A stretch of 64,000 nucleotides of DNA from Chiloscyllium plagiosum. Taxonomy: Eukaryota. The notes under the pieces are model-generated. The model saw nothing but the letters and a program-made list of their open reading frames with translations. It ran no database searches and was not told the DNA's origin. Positions 11,465 through 24,552 of the stretch are shown piece by piece. The stretch lies in the NCBI RefSeq assembly GCF_004010195.1, contig NC_057751.1, positions 8,685,611 through 8,749,610 of the forward strand, in the 5' to 3' direction. The first letter of the stretch is position 1, and each line of letters begins with the position of its first letter. Position numbers and translations under genes: made by a program.

Positions 11465-14029
11465 AAGGTTACATTTACAAAGGAAGGAGAAAATGTATTC
11501 ATATCGAAGAATGTTGTACAGAATACATGTTCTTGATATCTCAAAAAAGGCATTTACTTCAATGTATTAATTCCTACTTGGAATCAAAGGCATTTTTCAA
11601 ATTTTGCTTGTGTTTTAGTGTTAAAGGCAAAATTGGTATCAATTTCTCAACTGTTTCTAACCACTGATGATCTTCCTACTAAACAGCTGCAAACAAGTGG
11701 TTTAGTTTTTCAACAGACTGCTTCTTCTTGTACATGCATTTAAATATGGAGACTTACATGCAATTTTGGCAGGTACTTTTTGAAAGCAACTAGGATGAAG
11801 TAACACATGCTGCAAATGAATAGTGTACAAAAAACAAAGGTTTCATTAAAAAAAAGACAAAAAAGGACACAATGAAGCTTACTGATGTTTCATTTTTCAA
11901 TAACGCTAGAAAACATTTTGGTCCTTGCATATGACAAGAGTTCAGAAACCAGACTGTGTGGGGAAAATTTACAAGGGTTTCTTTATTTTGTTGTAATTCC
12001 AGGAGGTGGTGTTTGTCAGTTTTGGAAGGAGCATTGCGAAGATAATGGCCAGCAGCACGACTGATGTCACTCAACCTAAAGATATCTGCATGCCTCCTCC
12101 TCTTTGTCATATTCAACATCCCCCTTGATTTGTTCTGCTAATTTCCTAAGTTAGCAAGAAGAACCCTCAGCTCTTCCTTGGATATGTCCTTGGACCCTGA
12201 CTATCTTGCTCAACCACAAGTAAAGCTGTATTTTAAATCAACATAATGACAACACAAGATCACTGAAGGAAAAATCTCTTGGCTGTGGCACCTATCTAGA
12301 ATATATATATCCACTCGCAAGTAGACAAAACTGACAGGACTAGAATAAGAAAGCTAAATGAGAGAGAGATTGTGATCGAGCCAAAAAAAACACATTTAAA
12401 GAGGCAAGGCTGGAACTGGCCTTTTTTTCCACATCAGTAAGCAATTTACTATGAAAATGTATGTCACAAGATTTCATATTTGATCAATTCATCCAGCTGT
12501 TTTTAATTAAACCCAGAATGCTGGAATATGATATTCCAAACCTGCAGATTAATGGTTTGTTGAAAGCAAACTCATTGCATAAGCACACTCTCCCAAAATC
12601 CTTCTGGAGCCTAACTTTTCCAGCAATTGCTTAATTATTTCAAAGTCTGCAAAATCAATGCTAAAGCAAGGAAACTGTAATAATGGTTTTCAATTATTCG
12701 TGGTGTAAATTAACTTACATAAACCGGTAAATTCAATTAACTGTGAAGTTTTTTTAAAACTAAATTATGCCACACATGGGAAACCACTAATGCAAATTTC
12801 TATGAAACCACATCTTAAAATGGTTGAAGTTCCCATGCTCGCACATCTCAATTTCGTAACACAACAGGAGGTCTCTCATTTCTGAATCGATTAAACCATT
12901 GTTACACAACAAAGCAATTACACATTACTTGTTACACTGCAGGTGAAGGTAGCGTGCTGTGTCATGATGTTTTTACATGACAACAGGAGGGGTGTTAGAC
13001 CTTATTACTTATGACAGTGTGATTGTTCTTTCACCAGCAAGACATCATTTCTCAAGCCCTAATACATGCTGGTTACCACTCAGTGCCATGACAAATCATG
13101 TATTCAGACACTGGCCAGGTGCAAGTTTGAATGGCATAATGATTGGTATCTGACCGGTAACACAAGAGAAATCATGTCCCACTGCATCCTTCTGATAGAC
13201 CTTGCATCAATATTGAATGTTGGCATTCACCAAACTGTGTCAGCAAGTGCTTGACAACCAAGACACCCCCAATCATCACCAGTGTTACCAGATTCTCACA
13301 CAGGAGGGAGACCTGGACATTGTGCCAGTGACAAGTATAAGTGAGAGATTATTTGACAAGGAAGCATGTCACATGCAAATGGTTCATGTTGTTCAATTTT
13401 CTACCCAGTTAAATATAGGCTCTCTGGAAGAGTTTTCCTGAGTCATTTAGACTGGATTCCCTCTCCAAACTTCCAGTAAATACCAACTGTACATTTGACT
13501 TGCCCACAAATGTCCTACAGGATTCCATACAAACTTATTGTCATTGAGCAATACAAAATGACAAGCTTTGATTATGCACTTGAACTTGAGTGAACATGGC
13601 AAAAAAAAATCAGCATTACCTCAGCAAAACAGATTTCTGAACCATTCAATATCTGAAGTGTAAATCAGCAATTATCAGATTCAGCATCTAATTCAACAAA
13701 TTCAAATTCTAAGCAAGATGACTCTAAACCTTTGCAGGTTCATTTCAGATCCAGGTGTGTTCCTCAACAGTAATTTGCAGCTACCAAATATTAAATATTC
13801 ACTTCTGCTTGATTGCACAAGCCTGAGATTTTCTTGAGAGGCTGAGTGGGTATTCATCATTTCTGAGCACTGTTCCAGATACTCAATTTCTTGAAGGACA
13901 TCCCACTCACTCCTTTTTATGTGCAGTGTTGAAAAGGTTGTTGATTAGAGATGTTTTGTAAAAATTTGCAACTTTCAGCAACCTCCTGATTTGCAGTGTA
14001 CGTGTGCAGTCATCAGGGGCTGCTGATCA

Positions 14030-14810
14030 AATTGGCATCTGTGGAGAGAAAGCAGATTTAACATTTCAGGTCCAGTGATGCTTCTTCAGGACTATTAGCA
14101 GCTTGGAACATATTTTCTGAAGATAGGGGGTGGGGTTTAAGGGAAAGATGAAGCGAATATAGAGACACAGCCAAGAGAGAGAGAACAGTTCAGCAGACAA
14201 AGGGATGAATATTGCTAAGACAGAGAAAAAGACCTAAATTGATAAAGACCAAAAGTTGGTGAAAAAGGGATGGGTGTGCTGAAAGCAGGCAATGTCAATG
14301 ATAGGGCCAGCAGTGTGTGGATGGGTGAAGGACATAGGCAAAAATGTTCAGGTTCTAAAATTATTGAATTCAATATTTAGTCCAGAAGACTGCAGAGTCC
14401 CGAAGTAGAAAATGAGATGCTGTTTTTCCAGCTTGCAGTAAGCTTCACTGATGCATTATCTAAGGCTGAACACAAAAAATGATGGCCAGGGAACATGGTG
14501 GCATGTTAACATGGCTGCCAACATCAAGTTCTGGCATCATTTTTGTGAACAGAACATAGCTGTTCGGCAAAACAATCACATCGCCTGTGCTTCATTTCTC
14601 TCATGTAAAGCAGGCCATATTTCGAGCAGCAGATACTCTAGACTAGATTAAGTAAATGGGCTGCTGCACCTGGCAGATGTGCCTGCAGCCCTGGAGTTTA
14701 AAAAGAATGTCCATTCTCTTGCTCCTTGGATGCTGCCTGAACCTGCTGTGCTTTTCCAGCACCACACTCGCAACTCTAATCTCCAATATATGCAGTCCCC
14801 ACTTTCACCT
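14030..14810. mobile_element. Old Penelope-like fragments (minus-strand body, plus-strand terminal repeat at about 14715-14810)
   Basis: GGATGCTGCCTGAACCTGCTGTGCTTTTCCAGC terminal motif; decayed CTGAAGA...GAAA hammerhead remnant on the minus strand at about 14060-14090. Confidence 0.6.
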
Positions 14811-17425
14811 GGATATTACAAGTTCTCCAAATACATAGTAAAGTGCTGTGGGGAGTTATTGCAGGTGGAGGAGGAGTGGACAAGGGTTTCCCGGAGGGAA
14901 CCGGGAACCCAGCAGACAAAATCAACAGCAAAAGGATAAATACATTAACAGAAGTGGCCAGAATGTTTCATCAGTTTTCACAATGCATTGTTCTACAAGC
15001 ATCGCTGACAGTTTCTTTGTTGATTTTCTCAAGACATCCATCAGGACCACCTTTTCAGTTCTCTCTGTGACAAAGATTGAAGGGTAAATAGCACAGAATG
15101 AGAACAAAAACTGAGAAATGAAAGCAAAGCAAAGAGAAACTCTAGCAAGAAACAAAGAAAGCAGAAGGAACCAGAGACACAAATAAAAAGGACCAATAAT
15201 CAAGAGAGACAGCACTGGCCCAACATAATTAAATATCGTTGAGCACATTCTATCATACAAGAGGGTAAAATCCAATAAAATGACAAAACATTGGTCTGAG
15301 GCTTTGCAAGATAGCTGCATGACTGATAGATCAGCAAAACACAATTATTCATCCTGTGGTGTAGGGCTTGAAATGGTCAGATTTTGTTTAAATTACATTG
15401 AAATTGTATTTCAAAACTACTCAGCAACAGATTGACTTCGAAGAAGCCAACTGAGTTACACGTCAGAATCTAATGAACACTGACATTAGAATGATCAAAA
15501 TTGGGGGCTTGTTAACCATCAGCCAATTTTGACCACAGTGTGTTGCAATTTTTAAATGTTTGCTGGGGAGAACAGACAATACATCAAAAGAGAAATATTT
15601 TTACAGAGTCTCATGTTCAAAATACATACTAAACGTGCAAATGAGTGCCTTGACTTGCATTACACATAGCTGCCTCAGATCAAGATGCTGCCTGTCAAGC
15701 ATGTTCCACCATTCAGTGACATATTTCAGATGTGCAACCTGAACAGCTTGTTCTGGAACAGAAATTGTGCTTATGTCCTCAAGTCAGGGTTGAACAGTTG
15801 CTCTGCTGTATTGGGATTACTCCCAAATTTGCAACCTTTTCAAAATTTGCTAACAGATGCTTTAATTTTTTTAACGCAATAAGAAGATTATTTTTAACCT
15901 GGGAATAAAGATGGCTTGTTTTCTTTAAAAAAAAAAGGAAAAGATAAACAGTGCATATCATCCTGGATTGCCTAACTTCCAGCATGGCCAGCCTAAAATT
16001 TGGCAAAATAACAATTCAAGAAGTAACCTGGGCCAAATGCAGAGAACATCTCTGCATACAATAGACCATCATACACCTGGTTGTACTGACATTTTAAACA
16101 ATCCCCTATTAACTGTTTAACAAGGCCAACCTTCTGTCATAAGAGTTTTCCAATGGGCAGATCCTCCTGAAGGGCCATCAACAATATAGCATCTGGGATG
16201 CAGCCATTCTGCATTCTCAATTGACAACGAGCTCAGAATGGACACCAAAACAAATAAAGTCAGCCCCTCAAGCCTGCTCCATCATTCACTAAGATCATGG
16301 CTGATTTGATTGTAACCTCAACTCTTGGATCCCCTTGGTAATCAAAAGTCCATCTCCCACTGCCTTAAAAATATTTCCAGATTCTGCATCCACTGCCTTT
16401 TGATAAAGAGAATTCCCAAAGACACTCAACCCTCAGACAAAAAAAGTTGCCTCATTTCTGTTTTAAATGGGTACCTTTTATTTTTAAACCAGGACGAGAT
16501 TCTCCCACAAGCAGAAATATCCATCCAACATTAACCTGAATAAGTTCCACTTTTACTTGCTTATGATATATGGGAACTCAAGGATTAAAGATCCACAATT
16601 GAAAGGACTCACTGCAGTATCAATTGCATGCCTGTCCTGTTACAGAATGAGACGGTACATCACAGTAGGAGGGGCTGGCTGACCCCAAATGGACAGAATT
16701 CCCTGGAGCCATACATGTGGATTTCACTTCCAGCCTCAGGCAAACGTGTTTGTCCTCTCTGGACGAGACTGACAGCCTTGGTCATAACCTGATTAACTGC
16801 CTCCCGTTCCCATTATCATCTTTTCCCTATCTAGTAAACCAACAATAAGAACAAAGCAAAATCCTTCTGTCTAAACCCTTATCCACTAACATACAATTGT
16901 GAAGAAAACAATAACCACTTCCTATAAGCCTTTCGCTATTTGTCACACAAAGTCAGCAATCACTCGGCACTGTAAAATTGTAATCACCTGTCTTAGACAG
17001 TGCAACAGCAAGAAGCCGTGCGACTTGTAGACCTCTATTATTCCGATAAAATATATAGCTTTCGTGTGTAGCGCAGAGATTCATCGAGGGATGCCACCAC
17101 AAGAAGGCTATGAGACTTCTTTGTTGCCACCCAGAATCTCTCCTTGGCTATCCAGAAATAAAGCATCTACTTTTGAACTGAAATTTGTGTTGTCCAAAGT
17201 TGAAAGTCAAACTTGCACAAACCCGGTCAAGTGCCCTCAGGACCTTCCATCTCCTCTGACTCGTGAACTCCAGAGGATACAAGCTTAACCTGTTCAGCGT
17301 TTCCTCATTTGTCCAGTAAACATTGTCTGAGTGGACTGAACTCTAAACACCAATGCATCAACATTCTTCTGTAGTTATATTTACTAGTACTATACCCAAT
17401 ATTCCAAATGCTGTTCAATTACTCC

Positions 17426-18197
17426 TGTAACAGATCCCTAGTAATTGCTGACCTGAAGAAGGGATAAACAACATTCTTTTTAATAACTTTTTGTGGAGAG
17501 ACAGAGAAATAACTTTCATGATTCAACCCAAATCATCTTGCCACGTGAGGAAAGACAGCCAAAAGCTCAGTTCCAAGGGAACAGCTTCAAGAATAGTCGG
17601 GTGAAGAGCGAAAGAGATTTTGAATCTCAAGCTAACCTCGGAGTCCGGAAAATATGTAAGGCTCAACAGTACAGAGGTCAGTGAACATTGATGTGACAAA
17701 CCCAAGACTCCCATAAACCAAACAGACTGAGGTACAGCCTAAGCCATGACCCATACCCATTTGTCTAATTATCATCAGGACTGCACAAGTTGAATCCAAG
17801 TCCATGAACAAGAAACAGCCTTTCTGAATACTGTCTTGGCTTATAAGTACAGCCTCAGGTTACACATGATTTATGAGAAATTGAACCAAAAATTAGACTA
17901 ACTTTTCTCAAGCAATGCTTCATCTGAGTGCAACATGTCACAGGTCCAGTGTGAACATGTCAACTGGGCATTCAGGTACATATGACAATCAAAGATAAAA
18001 TAAAAAGTCAAAGATTCTTTGTTCATCAGTCCAGACATGTACGACAGCTGATATACCACAGCAATGCCTATCCACAGCAATTCCTCAAAATCATGTGATT
18101 TGTGGAAGAGGTCAAAAATAGATTCAAAAACCAGGCCAGTGAGGGACAATTTGCGACCAATCAAAACAATACCACAAGGTCACACCTGGTCATAATA
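17426..18197. mobile_element. Possible degenerate solo LTR
   Basis: Starts TGTAAC and ends TCATAATA; LTR-like length; no clean TSD. Confidence 0.3.
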
Positions 18198-20018
18198 TCC
18201 TTCAAGTTCCAGCAGTCCCCAATTTCTGACAAAAAGTACTAACTCCTGACATCTAATCTATATTTGGAATTTGATCCCTGATTTTCCCAAACATATTTGA
18301 GGAAGGCCTCTTCACCAAATCTTCTAAAACAATCAGTCCAAATGTTACTCTTTTGACAGAGCCCAGAGTCTTGACAAATAACTTACAAAATTAGATACTT
18401 GAACCTCGAAATCAACTGTAACCCTTCTCTTTGTCCAGTGACATGCAGATCAGATGAATCGCAAGTTTGACGGAGAGAGGTGGAGTTTCTGATGCTGTTT
18501 CAAGCTTTAAGGTTTGGCTGTCATGCAGAAAATCTATTGTGTAATTCAACCAAACCAAGCTGCTCAGAAGTGGTGAAGCAATTCTGATCCTCGCTCATAC
18601 CCTGAAACTGGAACCAACTTTAAACTGCTGCTGGGATGCCACCAATCCATCTGATGTAAAGTATGAATTAGATCACTTGGGCAAGTGAAAAACCATAAAT
18701 CACATATTAAAAATCAAAGCAACAGCAATGTAGAACCATGATTACCCATTCTTGGCGTTTTCCAAGACATAAACATGTCTAATTCTTGGAATTTGACTGA
18801 TGCTTGAGAACAATATGATGAACTTTCCACTCTCAACCCACAAAGCTTGTAACATTCTCTGTCTTAATCCAAGGTGTGAAATTTTCAACAAGCAATGATC
18901 GGGACAATGCTGCCCTCTGCTGAATACTGTCAAGAAAACAAACATGCACAATGACAAAGTCGCTTCAAAGAAAAAGCAGGCTATTAATTAGAATATTCAC
19001 CTATGTTTACAAAGCAGCAACAGATCTTTATGATAACTTCAAGGTACACCAGTGTTTTGTTGTTTCATTACCATTTTAACTTGAACTTTCTCATGGGAGA
19101 TGGTTGAGCATAGGGAAATGTGAGAAGAATCTGATATCGTAAATTCTCCACCAAATATTAGTGCCATTTGTGAACAATGTCTCTTGATATTCCCATAAGG
19201 GGCTTAAAGACCTTGTATGTATTGTTTCCTAATCTATAATCCCATTACCACGTCTATTTAAGATTTAATTTGACCTGTAACTCAATTATTCTGCTGTCAG
19301 TCATTTTATAACTGAGAGATCAACTGGCTTTGAATACTTTTTGCAGAACTTGCAAATCCAATGACACTAACTTGAAATCTTACTTTTTTGATAGCTATCA
19401 AGTATCTGGAAAAGGCAGCACATCTGTGTCATCAACAAAGCAAAGGTAACTATGCCCTTGACCCCACACCGCCCCATATTCCCAACTCTTTTGTGATGCT
19501 TACATGACTCTCAAACAATGGAAACTGATCTAGTTCGATTAGAATATAGACCAATCGTTTCATGTTTCGACTGAAAAGTACTTGGAATATATTAGGTTGC
19601 AGATCACATCACGCACATCTTAGCAATATCCGTGGAAGTGGTACGAAGTGCTGCATTGTCAAGTATTCAGAATTGCAAAAGTCATTTCTACAATTGGAAA
19701 ACCATTCTCAGCAAATTTTGGTTTGTGTGCTGAACTATATAAATTTAGATTTGTACGTTTTGCGATTGACACATTTTCACCTATACCCAAAGTGTGTGTT
19801 TTGCAGGACAAATGTAACAAACCTCCTGATCCATCTTGATCAACATGAAAGGGAGACTCTTGGAACAAAAGCCAACTTTTCCCTGTTGTGTAAGAGTCAT
19901 TTTCCTCTTTGTCTAAGTTTGCTGCACAGCATCCATACAAATCTAAATTTATTGGTCCTTTCCAAACCTAATAGAATCTGTGAAGTTATGCCATCTTCTT
20001 TGCTGTCCAAATGATCTG

Positions 20019-21306
20019 TTGTAGGTACTGGTTGTCCTGGTTGGGTCCACATTTTGTTGGTCGGAACGTAGTCCGGAGTCCGTGCGGGATCAGTCGGTTC
20101 CATAGGCAGGTGCTGAGGAAGGAGATGTGGCTGTGGTAGTGAGTCTGTTTGAGAACGTGGCTGAAGAGCTTCTGTGCAGAGGAGATGACCTGGGGTGTGC
20201 AGTGAGAGGGGGACTCACTGAAATCCTTGCAGAGGGAGGAAGAGAGCTTCTTCAAGGAAGACATCCTTGCAAGAGAATTCTCAGTAGGTTAAAATCTTCG
20301 AGGATAAAGTGAGGACTACAGATGCTGGAGATCAGAGCTGAAAATGTGTTGCTGGAAAAGCGCAACAGGTCAGGCAGCATCCAGGGAGCAGGAGATTCGA
20401 TGTTTCGGGCATAAGCCCTTCTTCAGGAATGAGGAAAGTGTGTCCAGCAGGCTAAGATAAAAGGTAGGGAGGAGGGACTTGGGGGAGGGGCGTTGGAAAT
20501 GCGATAGGTGGATTGAGGTCAAGGTGAGGGTGATAGGCCGGAGTGGGGTGGGGGCGGAGAGGTCAGGAAGAAGATTGCAGGTTAGGAAGGCGGTGCTGAG
20601 TTCGAGGGATTTGACTGAGACAAGGTGGGGGGAGGGGAAATGAGGAAACTGGAGAAACCTGAGTTCATCCCTTGTGGTTGGAGGGTCCCTAGGCGGAAGA
20701 TGAGGCGCTCTTCCTACAGCCGTTGTGTTGCTATGGTCTGGCGATGGAGGAGTCCAAGGACCTGCATCATCTGTGGCATCCGCTGCCCCGATGTGGCCTC
20801 CTCTATGTTGGTGTGGGCGCAAGTTTTACATTTCTTGCGGTTGCAGGGGAAGGTGCCGGGATTGGAGTTTGGGTTGGTGGAGGGTGTGGACCTGATGAGG
20901 GAGTCATGGAGGGAGCGATCTTTTCGGAACGCTGATAGTCCAAACGTGACTCCGTCAGGTCCACACCCCCCACCAACCCAACCTCCAATCCCGGCACCTT
21001 ACCCTGCAACCGCAAGAAATGTAAAACTTGCGCCCACACCTCCCCCCTTACTTCCCTCCAAGGCCCCAAGGGATACTTCCATATCCGCCACAAATTCACC
21101 TACACACACATCATTTATTGCATCCGCTGCACCTGATGTGGCCTCCTCCCTACCTTTTATCTTAGCCTGCTGGACACACTTTCCTCATTCCTGAAGAAGG
21201 GCTTATGCCCGAAACATCGAATCTCCTGCTCCCTGGATGCTGCCTGACCTGCTGCGCTTTTCCAGCAACACATTTTCAGCTCTGATCGCCAGCATCTGCA
21301 GTCCTC
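20019..21306. mobile_element. Rearranged (foldback) Penelope-like element insertion
   Basis: Flanked by the direct repeat TCCAAATGATCTG (20006-20018, 21305-21317); 165-bp inverted terminal repeats; ORF N-terminus with HISFLSTCL..RLIPHGL (ORF 19986..20264); pieces of the GIY-YIG region (CPRCGLLYVG-like). Confidence 0.85.
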
Positions 21307-22740
21307 CAAATGATCTGACTTGTTACCTTGTCAAGAAATGGTACCTGTTCCTCTGGTATACGTTCTTCAACAAGTGGCACAGTTGATCAAGTGAACCAAA
21401 CTTTGACCTTAGGTTCTCCCAGTCTGTTGCAACCAGCTGCCAACACAAACTGATTTTAATGAAGTCCTGTTTAACTTTCAAGCATGTTAATTCGATTTCG
21501 CATCGTCTTGGCCAATGAGCATTCCCAAGGAAGCAAAGCCAGCAAAGTTTGTCTGAGGTGTAATTCTCCCTCTCCATGAAACAACTACATTTCTTCCTAA
21601 ATTCACCGAAAGCTATTTGAAGTTCCATTCTGAGCTCTCTGGTGGGAAGTCTCTTGACCCAAACCACACTTGCGTGTTTCTTAGTCTCAGCTGGAGTAGT
21701 ATAGTTACAACAATTGGCCTGCTAACTGAATTGACAAAATGTCAACTGCGTTTTCTTCTCTGACCACCATCACTCCACCAGAAAGGATGCAATTACTGAC
21801 CATGTGAAGACAACAACTCACAGTTGGCAATTTGAATGCAGTGAAGGTATGACCCTAAACAGAAGTAATGTCAAAGTTGGACACCAAACCACACCGGGAA
21901 ATGTTCTTGGAGATAACCATAGCTCAATCACAGGGCTGGACTACAAGGAACTGAACGAAGCACAAGAGAGAATCCCACAGGGAATTTCACATTAAGATCT
22001 ACACAGAAAGAGTTAATTTCTAAAACTGGAGTGGAAAAAATTGGAGATATGCGCTCTGCCTGAATTGGAAGATGGGCAAAGCTCTTGAAGTATTTTAGGT
22101 CTTATGATACCAGCTGATCGGAACAGTGGAAATGTCAAATCCCAGAATGAAACTAGACTTCAGGGATCCTTAAGTTTAACTTTTGCAGTTTGTTTCTCTG
22201 GTGATTAATCAGTGAAGATGAAAGCACAAAACCACAAACCTTCTTCAACAAAGACCAAATTAGTGCAGAAAAGCAAAAAGCAAAACAAAGCCTTTTACCA
22301 GAGTTAAGATTGATCCAAAAATAAATCCAAGTGTCAGCTTATTACCCAGCAATATCCTCCACAGACATTAAAACCCAGGGAGAAAACACTCCTATCTCAA
22401 TCTTGATTGGTTTTCTCACTTAAGTGATGCCTTTCAACTTTCCTCCTTGGCCTGTTCAGAACTTTTTTTTCCAAATTATCATGATGTGAACCTTTTTAAC
22501 CATGTGACAACTTAAAATCCTCTGTCCAAACGGTTAGTTTGAAGGCATCACAGACTCAAACCTTTCTAAGATGGTGAAATTCTCTTCTGAAGTCAAAGCT
22601 AATCAAATGGTTTCTGATCTATTATTCCTTGTTTCTTGTAATCTCTGCAGTGTAACCATTGTATCCACTGACACCATGGGCACTGTGCAAGGCATTTGAC
22701 TGGATCATATGCTTTTGTGGAAACTGAGTTTAGTTCACTA

Positions 22741-23366
22741 TGTTGTGGACCAGGCCAGACCCCCTCAAAACATTTCCAAGAAGGTAGCCCAGACCCTAAT
22801 GTTTCCATTTGTTTTAAGGTGCAAGGTGGACATTCCAGTAGTGATGCAACTGGCCCAACCACACAGTTTTAAACAAAACAAAATTTATTTACTGATGAAT
22901 GTATTAAGCATGAATAAAAGGGAACTCAATTTAGATTAACTGAAACCTATCAGAACACCAAAATCGACTCGATCGCAACTTAATGATGCTATTCCAAATA
23001 CCTGCAGCATTCCCATAAACACACCCATGGCAAAAAAAATTAAAACCAAACACAGGTTCTTACAGGAGAGATGTCAGGGCGAGAGAGGATCAGCATGGAA
23101 CTATTTCTTCAGGCCAACAGCAGCTTCTCTCGGTTCCCAGCTATAATTTAACCAGCAGTTACAAAGAAAACAGCTTGCTAAAACTAAATTAAACCAAACC
23201 CTGAACTGGGAGAATTGGCCACTCTCCTTTCATAATTCAAGCGTTTTTAACACTTGAAAGCTTCTTCAAGTAGGTAAACCCAGATATATTGGAACCTCCA
23301 TCTTTACGAACCCTCAAAAAAAAACAAGGACAACATAACCATTGTTAAAGGAGCAGCATCATCAGA
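22741..23366 (-). mobile_element. Solo LTR with 4-bp TSD
   Basis: Starts TGTTGTGG and ends CATCATCAGA (CA end mutated); ACTA on both sides (22737-22740, 23367-23370); minus-strand AATAAA at 22889-22884. Confidence 0.65.
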
Positions 23367-23677
23367 ACTATAGCAAATGATCTTCTGAGCTCTTGGAAAT
23401 AAAGCCGTTACTAAAGAGGAAGAATGCTGATTCTCACTGATGATCTATTTTACACCTTTTACCACATGGAGTTGGAGCATATCACAGATATGGAGAGGAA
23501 TGAGACAATGGAGGAACCTGAAAAAGAGGAGTCCATCATAAAAGGAAGACATTGCCGCATTGGGTACCGATGAAAGGTTCGCAAATATAACCATGAGTAG
23601 AGAGACTATGTGAATGTTTCTGATCAGGCGCCAACTCCCATTAAGTTGCTCAAGTGCAATTCTTGACAAGTTTCCTG

Positions 23678-24552
23678 TCCCAGCACCAGACAATGCATGT
23701 TTCTTGCACACCACTTCACCCAGTAGATTTTGTAATTCAGAGTTGGTCAATTTGCATTATCTTCTTTGCCACATCTGCATTACTTGGTGCCTTGTTTAGG
23801 ATGGGATAGTTCAGGAATGATTCTTCATACAATTTTGTCAATCGTAAATACAAATACAACCAATCATCCAGCAACAATTCTCACATTCAAAACTGGTTTA
23901 CTTGAACAGTGGCTAGGAGTCTCAAAGCATTGAGTAGTTTATCCAAATTCAGACATGACAATTGCCAAAAAATACTTCCAAGATCAAAGGTTTGGCTATT
24001 TTTCCTTTTTTGTTTGACTTGGCAATATATTTTCATGCATATCGTATATGTAACAGTGCAGCACAGCAACAGGTCCTTGGGGCCACCATGTCTGTGCCAT
24101 CCATGATGCCATTCTAAACTAATCCCATCTGTTTGAGACCTCCACCTGGGAGTAACTAATTCCTTCTAAACCAAGAATGGATTTAGAACAGAAAACTCCT
24201 CCGTAAACTTGTAACTTGGAGAATCAAGAGTAGCAGCAGGACAGAGTACAGACTGGCCAGGTAGCAATCAAAATGCACAGCACCAATTCACCACCACTAA
24301 TATGCTCATGGATTCCTCCTTCACTTATCACACAATTTCTTGTTGTGCCTCTGCAAGACTTGATTGATGGTTGGTAATAGTTCACAAAGCACAGTGGCAA
24401 TGTGAAGATATCACTCAGCAACCTCACTCACCAAACAAGACACCAAGTAACACAGAGGTGGCAAAGAAGATAATGCAAATTGACCAACTCTGAATTACAA
24501 AATCTACTGGGTGAAATGGAGGCAAGAAACATGGGTTGGCAGGTGCTGGTAC
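23678..24552. repeat. Inverted repeat, arms about 23678-23800 and 24431-24552, with a 58-bp perfect core
   Basis: 23715-23772 is the exact reverse complement of 24458-24515; flanking arm sequence aligns with scattered differences. Confidence 0.92.

Noticed and set aside
14809..14971. Signal-peptide-like minus-strand frame NILATSVNVFILLLLILSAGFPVPSGKPLSTPPPP
   Set aside because: The nearest ATG is out of frame by one base, the frame is preceded by stops and it runs into a Penelope end with only a weak donor.
20370..21194. Several long ORFs of 98-189 aa
   Set aside because: Off-frame or chimeric translations of the rearranged GC-rich Penelope insertion.
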